A DNA stretch of 64,000 bases from Felis catus (Eukaryota), in NCBI RefSeq assembly GCF_018350175.1, contig NC_058368.1, positions 44,828,001 to 44,892,000 on the forward strand. The letters run 5' to 3'. The translations under genes were made by a program, and so were the position numbers. This document shows, piece after piece, positions 12,231-25,684 of the stretch. The notes beneath the pieces are model-generated. The model was not told where the DNA came from. It worked only from the letters and a program-made list of their open reading frames with translations, and ran no database searches. Positions within the stretch are counted from its first letter, which is position 1; each line of letters opens with the position of its first letter.

Positions 12231-14229
12231 AAAAGTTATATAGTTTTCTATCAAGCATTTTTTATATCAAAGACCATATTTTATCCACTTGATATGCCCT
12301 AAAGCTGTTAATGCGCAATGGTAAATTTAAATATTTACTGTAGCTTTGCTGTTATCACAAATTTAAAAATTATTTGCAACATGACTGGTCATATTACAAG
12401 TTTGGAGCTATGTGTAATGCTTGTAGTTGAATTGCCATCTGTATGTATTACCATCGACATTCTAGTAATTTTTATGGGATTCCACTAAATTCATAATAAT
12501 ATCTGGATTGACTATAAAATAAAGCAAAAAAAATTATATTTAGAGAAATATTTTGATATAGATGTCTCTAACACTAGATAATGAGAGAAAGAGAAATTGT
12601 AACTTATCATAGGCTGGTAAATAAGGTATGAAACATATAGATTATAATATCTAATGTCTACATATGAAGAAATTAAAGTAATGAGGGTTAAAGTGAGGTG
12701 TGGAAGGTCCTACAGTTGTAAGTTGTAGATAGATGATAAAATCTTATTTCAAAGAAGAATGACCCATATAAGTGACAGGGAAAGAATGGGAACTTGTCAA
12801 TTGAGATAAATATAGGGAGAGGCAACCCTGAAAATCCTGAACCCTAATTTTTCTGAACCCTTCCCCTCTAGATTGCACAACAGTCCCTTCTCTTTTGCTA
12901 CACAAACAGAAAAAAATAATACATAAAAACCTTATCAAATATAACCAAAAAACAGTAATGCCAAAGGTGTTTGGTTGATCTCAATTCCTTTCCTCACCAA
13001 CTATCATTGCCTCTAGGTTAAAAACCAGAGTCAAGTCTTGGTACCATTTGGGTAGAGAAGTAAAAACTCTGATGCAGGAAGAAGTAACATCCACAGCAAC
13101 GCAGTTACAGGATCTGGTTAAGGGTATGAAGAAAGCAGGAAGGAATATGTTTTGGAATTGATCTTGGTATGAAGCCAACATGGAGGAATGTAGGAATAAA
13201 GATAAGACTATGTGGGCCACTCACTCATTATTTGGGATTCAACATACCGGCTAAGAGTTGATTTTAGTAGTGAAAATGGAAGCTACCCTGAAGTCTGTAT
13301 ATGATTATGCCCTACTGTAAATAAATTGGCGATGCTAGAACTGTATTAGCGTATTATTGAGGAAGAAAACAGAAATCAGAAGGAGGTGGAAATATTAAAA
13401 TGGATTATGTGAAAGAACAGAAAATCCCTTCATTTTATACTCTTATGCCCTCTTGGGAGGGCCCAAAGATAATGCTGAAGAGGGAACCATAATGTTAAGA
13501 AGGCTGGGGTTAGGAGTGGGAGGCCCTATCATCTTCCTGGAGTTCAGTGCCACTGGAATTACTGATATTCCAGAATGGAAGAATCTAGATGGCAGCAGTT
13601 AATTATCAGAAGCAAGATGGATATAATAAAAATAAAGAGTAGGAAGACCTGAATGCCATAGTTTTCTTTGATCCATGAGAATCTATGGAATTGATCTTCA
13701 AGTATGTTGAGGTTAGATGGATGGCTTTTCACTCAGGATATTGCTTCATTTGGGGAGTTAGAAAAGTTGGTAGCTGGTGATATGAAAGTGGATATTATCC
13801 ACTGTAATGACAAATGCTAGTCCATACAATTTCTAGATCAAAACAAGTCCACAGATTCAGAATCTACTAATTTAAGGGGGAAATGAGAGCCCTTGAGAAG
13901 CATACCACAACCAGTATATACAAAGAATTTCCCTCTGATCCTTCCCCCGATGGATCTGCAGCCTTTGCTAGTATAGATGGGCACTGAGAAAAAGAAACGG
14001 GATACATTTGAGGACTGATAAGAGATTTGTGGTGACACTGAAATGCCATAATGGTTGTTTTGGGTATAGTGGGGCCTATAGAAGCTGCATGCAAATGAAA
14101 TTTTGCCTCGGTGTGGGTACAATGGTTCTATAGACCTTTCCTGTGATTATCTTCTTAGATATAAATGTGTAATTAAGATATGCTAACAGCTGGCAGAGCT
14201 CTCTCATTGATTCCCTGATGTGTTAGAAG

Positions 14230-14271
14230 ACTGGTTCTCAAGTTTTTGCATGTATCAGAATGTCCTGGAAG
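14230..14271 (+). mobile_element. MER5A-like DNA transposon terminus
   Basis: ctggttctcaagtttttgcatgtatcagaatgtcctggaag resembles the MER5A end. Confidence 0.5.
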
Positions 14272-14272
14272 C

Positions 14273-14590
14273 AGGGCTGGCTACATGATTTGTGAGGCAC
14301 AATGCAAAGTGAATGCAGAGTCTCTTTTTCAAGGAGCATGAAAAAATGATTTTAAAGGTACATAGAAAGCTTTTTCTTTTCTTCCACTCTATCCCTTTTA
14401 ATTTGTCTTGGTGCTTTTTATTTGCTATTTAATGTCAGTCTAAACAAAGAAAAGTTAACATTTTAAACTACTAGGGTGAATTTTACTCTACATCTTTATG
14501 TTGTACAATGCTAGATTTAAATGTTAATAGTAGAGAATTGAAGTCATATGCAGAAGCACCAAAATTACATATTTGCACTTTGTATCTAAT
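14273..14590 (-). mobile_element. MER45B-like hAT-Tip100 fragment
   Basis: cagggctggctacatgatttgtgaggcacaatgcaaa terminus plus tttatttgctatttaatgtca and atatgcagaagcaccaaaattaca internal matches. Confidence 0.7.
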
Positions 14591-15214
14591 CTTCAAAGAG
14601 TACCTAGTGTTGTCCAGAGGAAGGAAACATAAATCAGATTCAGGAATGATTGGAAGGAGGAGGAGTGCATCCCCTCAGGCCTGGCACCAGGCCTAGGTAG
14701 TGCTCCCTGGTGTGGCACAACCCTCCTGTATATAATGTCAAGGGGTATTATCATCCAGCTACTGATTCGAGAAATACTTTCTTCTCAATTCTCATCATCA
14801 GGAAAGAACAAAAGAAGTTTGTTTCTCCGTAACATAGGTGGCAGTACATTTTCATAATCATAGGACTCCTGTTATAATAGAACTATTTTCTGTCATAATA
14901 GAGTCTACAAAAACCTTACCTATCCTGACATTCCAAAAAGCATCACAGGTAGCCACTTTATTGATGATATCAGCGCCCTAATTGGGGTTAGTGGCTAGTA
15001 AGTGAAAGGTATTTTGGATAACCTAGTAAGACTCATGCATCCTGGAAGGCAAGCGCTAAATCCCATGAGGTTTCAAGGATCTGCTTCATCTGTGGACTTT
15101 ACAATGATCTTACAGTCTAGAGTAGCAGGAGAACTTCTCTAGATAGCAAGTCATTGTCCTTCACTCATCTAACCAGTGAAAATAAGGCACAATATGTATT
15201 AAGTTCCTCTGAAT

Positions 15215-15424
15215 ATTTTTAAAATTTATTTATTTACTTTGAAAGAGACAGAAATAGCACAAGTAGGGGAGGGTCAGAGAGAGAGGGAGACAGGGAATCC
15301 CAAGCATGCTCTGTGCTGCCAGCACAGAACCCAATGCAAGGCTCAAACCCATGAACCATGAAATCATGACCTGAGCCAAAGTCAAGTGCCTGACATTTAA
15401 CCAACTGAGCCACTCAGATGCCCC
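15215..15424 (-). mobile_element. Can-SINE nested in ERV-L pol
   Basis: TSD gttcctctgaat at 15203-15214 and 15427-15438. Confidence 0.92.
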
Positions 15425-16879
15425 ATGTTCCTCTGAATTTTATAAAGGACATAGGAATACGATTCAAATCTATATGTTGGTTGGTTCAGCAGGCTAGCAG
15501 TTTCTAATGGGGCTAGTGTTTGTAAGGCCCAGTTATTCTGTAAGCTTTCCTCCATTTATACAATGTGACTAGACATTATTTTGCTCTGGAAGTAGCCATG
15601 GTGGGTAAGAAGTTGGGAAGAGAATCTATCAAGTCTCAGTGGTAAAATTATGGTTTGAACTTCTCAGTACTACCCTCTGCAATCAAGAATTGTTCTCTGT
15701 TTGAGCAAACAGCTCCTGGAACACTGTTGGGCTCAAGTGATGATTGAGGATCTTACCATGGAACATCCAGGGACTACGAAAATTGTTTTGGTATTATTAA
15801 ATCCATTTGATAATAATGAGAAGTAATCATAGAAACAATCCATTGTACAGTGCAATTTCACAATGGAAGCATTGCATTTAAACCAGGCTTGAGCAGGTCT
15901 AAAAGGCACTAATAAGTGAATGCCTGTTCCTCAACTAGTATGTATGGTCCCAAGGTTTTTTTACAATAAACTTATGGAAAATGAAACAATTCAGTCCTAG
16001 TTTAGAAAAGGGATGGCATGGTATATCAGTGCTAGCCAGGACAGTGATGAAAGTATATTTTTTAATAGGCAAATCTGTGAACATTTCACTTAGATGCCTA
16101 CTTTGTTGGAAGAGAGAAATAGTTTAAGTCACACATAAACTTCTGAGCACGAGCAAATAGCTTGACTGGCTATTGAGAAGCCTGAAAGGAACAACAGAGA
16201 AAGATCAGTGACAAGGAGATCTGGAGTACCCTTATGTCAATAGATATACTCAAGTGATCATAAAGTAAAAATCTTTCTTAAGTGCCCAGCAATACATTCA
16301 TTACAGAGGGGGCTCTCAATGGTCAGGTACCCAGTATAACTTGTACCATGGACATCAGGTATATTATTTTCTATGCCATCTCAGTGTTACAATGGGCCCA
16401 CAAAAAGATGACCATGGTAGCAAGCATAGAAGTTATATATGGATATGAAAACATGAACTCCCCTTCAACAAAGCTGATCTAATTATATTATTGATAATTC
16501 CTAATATGGCGCAATTCTTTGAAGAAGACAAGCTAGCCATCTGGTGGAAAAGTGGATTATTTTCTGGAATAGATACATACTCTGGGCATAGGTTTACATC
16601 TTTGGCTTCTCAGCACCAATCTCTTAGAGAATTCCTGATCCAATGATACAGTGTGACTGGCAAAATTATGACTGACAAAATTTCCTGGAGAAAAGGAACC
16701 TATTTTATGACAAAGGCAGTACAAAAAAGGACTCCGGAACATGACATTCATTGGTCTTACCATATCACCCATGAAAAAATGCATGTCATTAGCAAATGTC
16801 AAGGATAATATAAATAATATTATATAAATAATGCAATATACATAATATAAATGTAACTAATATTTATTTTACTATGAAA

Positions 16880-17035
16880 GGTACTTTACTCATACTATCT
16901 TATTTGGTGTTATTTTTTGTGTATAAACAATGAGGCTCATAGAGATTAGGAGACTTATCCAAGGATACAAACCTTGATAAGTGGTTAATTTAAACCTATA
17001 ATTATATATCTTCAAACCATTCTTCCTTGTACTTA
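16880..17035 (-). mobile_element. MIR fragment
   Basis: tgaggctcatagagattaggagacttatccaaggatacaa matches the MIR core in antisense. Confidence 0.55.
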
Positions 17036-17724
17036 ACTTTGTTTGGGATGGGATTATATTATCAAGAACTAGGGTAGGTAGATAAATTTCCAGGAATGAG
17101 TTAGCTAATAAACATAATAATGAAGAGTTATAGAAAAATTGAAAAACAAAAACATGTATGAGATGTTTGGGGGACAATGACAATCCTGGTCAAGGGTAAA
17201 CAGATGGTATATCTGGGGAGAGCAAAAGAATAAAGGTAGACTAAGCAGAGCGGGGTTAGGTGAAAGAGGCTGAATGTCAACCTAAATTTTAATATCAATT
17301 TGCAGTCTGGTTGACAAATACATTGATGAACCTTCAGCAGAAATTAATGTGGTCAAGAAAGACTTAACATCTATTAATGTACAAAGAGTTTTTACAAGAT
17401 TCATTGCTTTTGAAATAATAAGGTATAATATATGGATACTATTTAGCAGAAATGTAGAAATATAAGTTCATGAAAAGTTAGGTTTTGGGCAGATTGGATC
17501 TGGAGTCATTTTAATTGGTAGAGAGTCAAAGAACTTGTATAGTTTGGCCAACATTACTGATTTAAGGAAAAGGAAGAGAGAGATATTCATGAAACAGAGA
17601 AAGCAAGCAAAGGAAAACTTTAAGACAGTTGAATTCATACACTGAAAAATACAGAAAGTTGAAGGAGAATGAAAACAGAACAAGCCCATTGATTTTCCAT
17701 TAGTATCATTAAAAATCACTTTCA

Positions 17725-17930
17725 GAGGTGCCTGGGTGGCTCAGTTAGGTAAGCATTCAGGCCATGATCTCACAGTTCCTGAGTTCAAGCCTTGCATTGG
17801 GCTCTGTGCAGACAGATCAGAGCCTGGTGCCTGCTTTGGTTTCTATGTCTCCCTCTCTCTCTGCCCCTCCTCTACTCTCTTTCTCCTTCTCTCTTTCTAT
17901 CTCTTATTAATAAACATTAAAAAAAAAAAG
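17725..17930 (+). mobile_element. Can-SINE with internal deletion
   Basis: ggtgcctgggtggctcag head, CT tract, A tail; TSD core actttcag. Confidence 0.9.
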
Positions 17931-18156
17931 GACTTTCAGCCAAGTGGTGGGTGTAAAAGCTTGATTGTAAGAATTCAGAGTCTGGATAATCAATTTAGTA
18001 CTAACAGAAGCAGAAGACTATTTGGAGAACTACAGTGCTGGAAAGAAAAAGTTTGATACCATAGTTTTACAGCATAAGACTCATCTACTTGACTAAATCC
18101 TTGATAATTGTCTCAAACCTGGAACAAGCTAGGTGTTTAACATTTTTTTTGTTATG

Positions 18157-18163
18157 TTTCTTT

Positions 18164-18222
<59 letters not shown>

Positions 18223-18232
18223 CTTTCTTTTT

Positions 18233-18288
<56 letters not shown>

Positions 18289-18328
18289 TTTCTTCTTTTT
18301 CTTCTTCTTCTCCTTTTTTTTTTTTTTT
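18157..18328. repeat. Long (TTTC)n/(TTC)n/T polypyrimidine microsatellite
   Basis: Directly visible, about 170 bp. Confidence 0.97.
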
Positions 18329-18796
18329 AATAAAAACTTGTTTGGACTCTCTTACAAAGTAGAGGGAGGAACCTGTTGAGAAACTGAATACAATCATAAG
18401 AGAACTCAAAATTTAAATAAGGGTAAGGAAAAGGCAGAAGCAAATGAGATCATTAAAAAAGATAATTCCTATAAAGAAGAATGATTGTGATCACTTTAAC
18501 CAAAAGTTCAAAAAATGAACTTGTCAGTATATTAAAATGAATCTTTGGATTTTAGTCTTGAGATTTTATTATTGGATATATGTAGAATTCCAAAGGATAG
18601 AGAGTAAATAAAAATGAAAGTACACAGACCATGAGAAAAATAAAATGGATAGATAGAGCAGCTGAATCCAAGAAACACAGTATTAAAGAAAATACAGATT
18701 GAAACATTCAACTGAACCATAGTGGACTTGTATCAATTATCATGACATTATTTCTTAAATTTCTCATGCACATTTAAAGGAATGCTTACTAATATC

Positions 18797-18910
18797 TGTG
18801 ATGAGCACTCAGTGATGTATGGAAGCATTGAATCGCTATACTATATGCCTGAAACTAATATTCCACTCTATGTTAACTAACTGGAATTTAAATAAAAACT
18901 TAAAAAAAAA
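18797..18910 (+). mobile_element. 5'-truncated carnivore L1 3' end with poly(A)
   Basis: gatgagcactcagtgatgtatggaagc...tatgttaactaactggaatttaaataaaaactt-A(n); TSD core gaatgcttact at 18780-18790 and 18911-18921. Confidence 0.88.
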
Positions 18911-20298
18911 GAATGCTTACTGTATGCCCTCTATATTTAAGGAGGCATACTGGAAATTATTTGGAAATATCACTTTTAGTTTAGTTTTTATAAAGCAAAT
19001 ATAACTGCTATGAGGTTTTATATTGATACGTAAAACAGATATTTTTTTATTCTTAAATTGAACACTAAAAAGAGACTCTATAAAAGATTTATGACAATAA
19101 TTCTATATTCATTATTTCATGAGAAAAATTCATTAAGGTTAGAGGTTAAAACTTTGCTGAGGTCGAGAAATATGAAAGCAGAAAAATCCCTTACAAAGTT
19201 ACCTCGTTTAAATTTTATGAGTCTCAACCAGGGCATTATTAGACAAAGCTGAAATAATCATTAGGAATGTTCTCACCTTAAGAATAATGGAATCTGAATA
19301 TTAGAGGAATGTATACGTATTTCAGCTAGATTCCTATCTTGCAAACCCCTCTTCAGTATCCTTAAGTCTCCAACATTCCTCATTCTTCCCATCAGAAGGA
19401 ACTTTCTACCAATTGAAGGAATTGACACCAACCATTACAAAAAGCTTTAAATTGAATTCAGATCATTCTCCATGCATCTTATTCCTACCAGTCCTGGTAC
19501 CATACAAGGACAGAACTCCATACAAAATTAAGTAGCTGTGAGTTTACACTTTGATTCTCAAAATTGCTCTAAAAAGTAGAAACCTCTTTGGCCATCCATA
19601 TTCACCTTTTGAGGAAACTCAAGCACAGAGAGTAAAATATTCTAAGTTTACACAGCTTGTGTGTGGTTGAGAAGGGCTGCACAGGGTTTTATTTCTAGCT
19701 CCAGGAACTCACACTTAATCTCTAAGTTATTTTGTCTCTCAGTATGGCTTAAATAAAATGCTGCTGAACTATATTGGATTTGTATCAATTATCATAATAC
19801 AATTTATTTAACTTGGGGGGAAGACTTATCACCGATGGTTTGTAGTTACTCTGTTCTCTGTGATAGCTCCCATAGCTATAGTTTCTGCAATAATGAAATG
19901 CCTTCCTGAAATAACTAGAGAAAATAAAACTGACTACCTCATGGTTATCCAGAAGAAAGAAATTGAGAGAACAGTTAAAATTACTTTTCTTACATTCTTT
20001 CTATGTTGAGTAAATTCAGTTTGTTTCATACCTTTAAACCACATAAAACACACAAAAACAATATTTGGGTTCGTTTGGTTTCAAGTTTATATAATGTTCA
20101 TCAGAAGACTCCAAGCAATGGCCTTGCCTAATACAGCAGAACGTGAATAGAATCTAAAGGTTGATTTTTCAAGTGTGGTGTGCAGATCATGTGCTTACTT
20201 GTAGTAACAGTGCTGATAATATGGGAGTGCTCTTTGATTTTCATAAATTTTAATCACTAAACTTTAATTTTTAACTCGGTTTTTAAAAATACATGTGA

Positions 20299-20520
20299 GG
20301 GGCGCCTGGGTGGCTCAGTCAGTTAAGCGTCCGACTTCAACTCATGTCACCATCTCGTGGTCCATGAGTTGGAGCCCCGCGTCGGGCTCTGGGTTGATGG
20401 CTCAGAACCTGGAGCCTGCTTCAGATTCTGTGTCTCCCTCTCTCTCTGACCCTCCCCCATTCATGCTCTGTCTCTCTCTGTCTCAAAAATAAATAAACGT
20501 TAAAAAAATATTAAAAAAAA
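20299..20520 (+). mobile_element. Young feline Can-SINE
   Basis: Perfect TSD taaaaatacatgtga at 20284-20298 and 20521-20535. Confidence 0.95.
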
Positions 20521-20610
20521 TAAAAATACATGTGAAGGAGAATACCATGCACTGTAACTTGGGGGTGATCTTTCTTCTGTTTATGTTCTAAATTGACCAA
20601 ACACTGGGCT

Positions 20611-20839
20611 GGGAAGCCTGGGTAGCTCAGTTGGTTAGGCATCCGACTTCGGCTCAGGTCATGATCTCAGGGTTCATGGGGTTGAGCCCCTCATCAGGCT
20701 GTGTGCTGACAGCCCAGAACCTGGAGCCTGCTTCAGATTCTGTGTCTCCCTCTCTCTCTCTGCCCCTTCCCCACTCACACTCTGTCTGTTTTTCTTTTTC
20801 TCTCAAAAATAAATAAACATTAAAAAATAAATAAGTGAA
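20611..20839 (+). mobile_element. Can-SINE
   Basis: Head, CT tract and tail present; degenerate TSD taaattgaccaaa/taaattggccaaa. Confidence 0.92.
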
Positions 20840-23837
20840 TAAATTGGCCAAATGCTGAGGCTGGTTAGATATCATATGTAGTTATTAATATTAAAAATTG
20901 GATATGACGATTTCTCCCTATCATTTGTTTTAAAACATTTATTGATTTTCATTCCGTCACAAGCCTTTATGTTGAAAAGTTAACAAGCCTTTGATTTCAA
21001 TTAGCCCAGCCTGTACAAAAGTATCAGATTCCTGCTGATTAACTCCTGTCATTTGAGATGATTGCAAACTGTGATGAACTTGGGATTTCCTGCTTCATAT
21101 TCTTAAGATACTGAATATATTATTTAATATTCAACTTGGTGAGGTGGGTAGTATGATTATTCATTCCCTTTAATAGGTGAGAAAAGTGAGTCACAATAAG
21201 ACTTCTTGCCTTGAACAGTTTTCCAAAGTGATTATATTAAAAAATACAGGCATTCTGCTTACAAAGTCCATGTTCTTAATCACATATCGGGTATCTCCTT
21301 GCCAAAATAATAGCTGATAAATAGTTAGGAGTAGAACACTGAAATAAATTTACCAAGTTTAACAAATTTACGCTATCACAGCAACCCAGAGATTCATTTA
21401 ACATGATTGTCACACTAATCAATTGATGTCCCCAAATCAACCCTGTGTACCAAAATCTCCCAAGGAACTAAAATAACTGGCATAAGAATTTTGATCAGCA
21501 AAGTGACCTCACATAGTGAATTTTTAATAGGTAAATACACTATGTGTTTCCTTTCCTTCTTAACATCCCAGGAGAATTTCCCACTTATTAAGCAGTCACC
21601 GAGGTTTCACATGATTCACCTAATAAGTATTTAACAAGACTGGGCATTTTAATTATAGAAATGAAGCTATTTCTGTGACTCACGATTCCTGGGGAAATTT
21701 TTATCAGCTAAAAATCATCAGAAGAGCCGCAATTCCTGTTTATTATTTTATTCAGTGGGTCAAGGAAAAGGAATTCACAAAGTAGATTGACAGGGACATT
21801 TGTGAGAAAAATCTTATTTTATTTTATTTTATTTTTTTTTTCCCCTTCAAGACCAAATTGATCAAGGGCTGTATTTTTAAATTAATATGCAGGGAAACAG
21901 GATTAGAATGAAATATTTAAAAGTAATCATCTTATAGTGATATTTTGAGTTGTTTCCTTTGATTATTTAGGCTTAGTTTTAGATTTTCTAAGTTTCTGGA
22001 ATTAATACATTTTTAATAATGAGAAAAAAACTATGATCTTAGAATTATAATTTTATAGCCTTTACTTTATTTTGGATACAAAACCTTTTAAATATGGTGT
22101 ATTTATTATTCTTTCATTCTTTTTGGCACTGAAATAGAAAGCTAACAAAAAGGTAAAATTTCTATCTTGATTTTTACATGATACTTTCTTCATTTGTAAT
22201 GAAAATTCATTTGATTGTAGTGGTTACACATACTTTGGACACCTTGATCCATTTTATCAAGTCTACCTAAAGCAGTAAAACTCTTGATGGACTAAAAATA
22301 TATATATTTCATTTGGATTTCAGGTAAAATTAGCAAGCTTTCTCAGCTGGTAAGAATATTAGCATATTACCACATTTTTAAATCGTTTGTCTAATGCTAC
22401 AAGAAATGAGGTTATTGCTCTGATTTAAACATTTATTTTCACATCAATAATACTATCAATGATCTTTAAACTTTCCCTTAAATCTCAGAAGTTTAGATTA
22501 TCTTTGTAATCTCTAGCATATATTTCTTCATAAAGCATTGATATAATCTTTACCTCATTAAACAAACAAACAGATAAACAACAACAACAAAAGAGTTGAC
22601 ACAATTGACTATATGGGCCCATTGATGGCTAATATTTGTGGGCAAAGCTCTATAACACAATTTTGAATATTTACCTGATAGCTCTTCATTTTTAAAGGAA
22701 TTTGACCTTTTGAAGTATTAAATTAAATACAAATTAAACTTGTATCATTTTACAAAATTCGAGATCGCTCATAAAACTACAAATAAGTGTGCTATACTGG
22801 CAATTAAAATACTGCGAGCAGTGTTGACATTGGCATAGCAAATTTCCAAAATGGCAAACACCTCTGGTAATATTCTGAATGGATGATATTTACATTATTT
22901 CTTCTATTTACATGGTAATTACATTCTTCAAAAATCCTTGGGAATATTTAATTCATATAAAATACTGAAAATATTTTGTTTATATGTAAATTTTACTCTT
23001 GGTTTCAGATAATTCTGAATAGCTGTCCCACTTACATTAATGCTTGGTTAGACATCTGAAAATCATGGATGGAAATGGACAATTCTTCATTGTGCACAAC
23101 TAACAATGTTGTAAGAAAGTTAGCTGCAATGTAGATAATACAGATTCTTTGGGAAAATTTGGAGAGGGTAGAGGAAGTGGATATAACCAGAGACATGTTG
23201 ATTTAATGAAATGGAGTGTTAAAGAGTGCTTGGGTGCCTTGTGAGGAGTTAGGGCTTTATCCTATAGGGAATAGAAGACCAATTCACAGAATGCCCATCT
23301 TTTTACATAAAAAAGATCATATTAGCAGGATGCAGGGTAGATTATAATAAAACAAAATGGAGACGTGGAAAATTTGAAGGGATTTCAGGATAGGAGGTGA
23401 GGTCTCAGGATAGGAGTTGTGGTTTGTGAATAATTATTGAAAACATAGACCATGGATATACTGAAAGAGTAGAGAATAGTAAGAGAAGAGAAGAAAGACC
23501 AGAATCCTAGGGGTCAAGGGCAGGGGGAGGGTGAGAGTAGCCAAGGAAAGACATTGAGAAACATGTTCAGAGAGTCAGGAGAATGAGAAGCTGCAGGTTA
23601 AAGTGTAATTATCAATTATTAGTGTTGTCATTTATATCTGAATATGGTGAAGAAATGGTATTTGAGAAGAGTTGACAAAAGAATTTGTTTGTTAGGCATT
23701 TATGCTTTCTATCTCTGACCTGATTCAACATTCCAGTCAATTCTATAAACTGGGAAGTATAACAATTACATAGTTATGTATGGGAAGAATTTGAGTACAA
23801 ATATGAAAAACACTTTCACTGAAATAAAAAAAATCTT

Positions 23838-23962
23838 GGGGGCACCTGGGTTGGCTCAGTAAGTTGAGTGCTTGACTCTTGATTTTGGCTCAGGTCATGA
23901 ACCCAGGGTCGGGGGATCTAGCCCGACATCAGGCTCCATGCTAAGCGTGGAGCTTGCTTGAG

Positions 23963-24004
<42 letters not shown>

Positions 24005-24058
24005 ACTCTCTCTCTCTCTCTCCCTGTGCCTCTTTCTCTCTCACTAAAGAAAGAAATT
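23838..24058 (+). mobile_element. Can-SINE, older subfamily, with (CT)n
   Basis: gggggcacctgggttggctcag...gcttgcttgagattctctc(tc)n. Confidence 0.92.
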
Positions 24059-25684
24059 CTTTGTTGACAGATAAAATGAAATATATAATATATACATTTT
24101 ATGTGTTATTACATGTTTTCAACAAATATATCTTATGCACTTACACAGTAACCAAAAGTAATGCATATTAATAATTAGTACTGATTTAGACATCAATTTC
24201 CAAAATTATAAGGGATGTTGGTTTATACTGTTTTTGTTTCCTTTGGTAAATAAGGGCCAAACAATATAATAAGTGAGTTCCTATTTACCAATGTTTCTTC
24301 CAAATTGATCAAATAATGTAGATTTGACTGCAATATTTTGCCTATCATTTTAGTGTTAAAATAGAGTATTTGTCCTTTCTTAGACTATATATTCTCTATA
24401 CATTCAAAATATTGCTTAAAATAATCTTGAATATTAATACACTTACATTATACCTATTGATAAAAGTACTCATTATATTTAAGTAAATCCTGGTTCTCAC
24501 ATGTGGCTTCAACTAAATTATGACAACTCTTTATTAACTTACATTATATACAAGTAATATTATATAGATATATAATAGAATTATATATTAAAAGTATTTC
24601 ATTGGATGTTCAAAAGAGAGAGAGAAAGAAAGACAAGAAAAGAAAGGGGAATAAAACTGTAAGTTAGATGCTTATTTGTCATATTTTAGCCCAGAGGAAA
24701 TCTTAACTGCCTCTAATTTATGGCAGAATTTGTGCAGAATAAGCACACCTTGAGATGCACAGAGAATTTATTCCAAGTGGATCTACATCCATATAAATAA
24801 TATTTCTGGAGTGAAAATATAATCCAGTTGTAAAATATTTCACATAATATTATTCCAAAGAATTTTCTTTCAAAATCACAATATAAGGGAGGTTAAACAG
24901 CAAATACCTCCAGTAAAGAAAACAAAGGTCACAAAATATATAAAAAATTACATAATTATTAAAGCATAACATATTCAGACTTTGCAGTCATTATTGTTTT
25001 TCTACTGGGGAGAGTTAAAAAAATCTTAAAGTCCAGATCTTTTCTCATTACTGAAAACATCAAAATGTTTTCCCAATAATTTATCAAATATTAATTATAT
25101 AGATCATAAAAAATGTTCCTATTCATTCCATGAATGACATTTTGTATCTTGGAAAAAAAAATTGAGAATCTTTTTAATGGTATAAAAGTCTCTATTTTAA
25201 GATACAACTATGTAATGAGGCTAAACCAAAAAATTGCATTATAAAGAACTCTGAGTATATGAAATTCATTTTATGAAGCTAGTAAAAGCAATGCATTAAA
25301 TCCAGAAATTATCATTAATTAATATGTTACTATATCTTTTACCCATTTTTATTGTTCTGGTTTTCCTTTCCCAAGCCTCAGATCAGGTATTAAATTAACT
25401 GTGAAGTCCTTCTTAAGTTCCTTAGGCCAGAATCCCCTCCTTTGTGGTCTCCATATAGTCTGGCAAATCCCACTGCACTGAAAACTTTTTGTACTAGAAA
25501 AAAATATTGTCATGTTTAACGTTGCCTCACCATCTGTAACAAGATGCCTGGATGGCAAGATGCCTGGCCTTGGCCTCCAAAATTTACAAATTTCCAATGT
25601 TTGCAACCACGTAGTGAATGGCCAATCTACCACAGATAAAGAATTTCATATGAAGTTTAAAAATATATTTAAAGAAATCTATCA

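Larger units (their letters stand above)
12900..16790 (+). mobile_element. Decayed ERV-L-type internal region (gag-pro-RT-RNase H-integrase; ERVL-E/HERV16-like)
   Basis: Gag-like segment ~13320-13410 and pre-protease segment ~13925-14040. RT motif FCHNRVYKNLTYPDIPKSITGSHFIDDI at 14888-14971 (ERV-L ...ITLVHYIDDI). KQLL ~15707 and integrase GIDTYSGHRF ~16566. Confidence 0.85.

Noticed and set aside
18089..18409. FFLS/KKER-repeat ORFs (also 51880-52217), poly-K ORF 29192-29416 and poly-H/I ORF 33489-33683
   Set aside because: They are translations of microsatellites or homopolymers.
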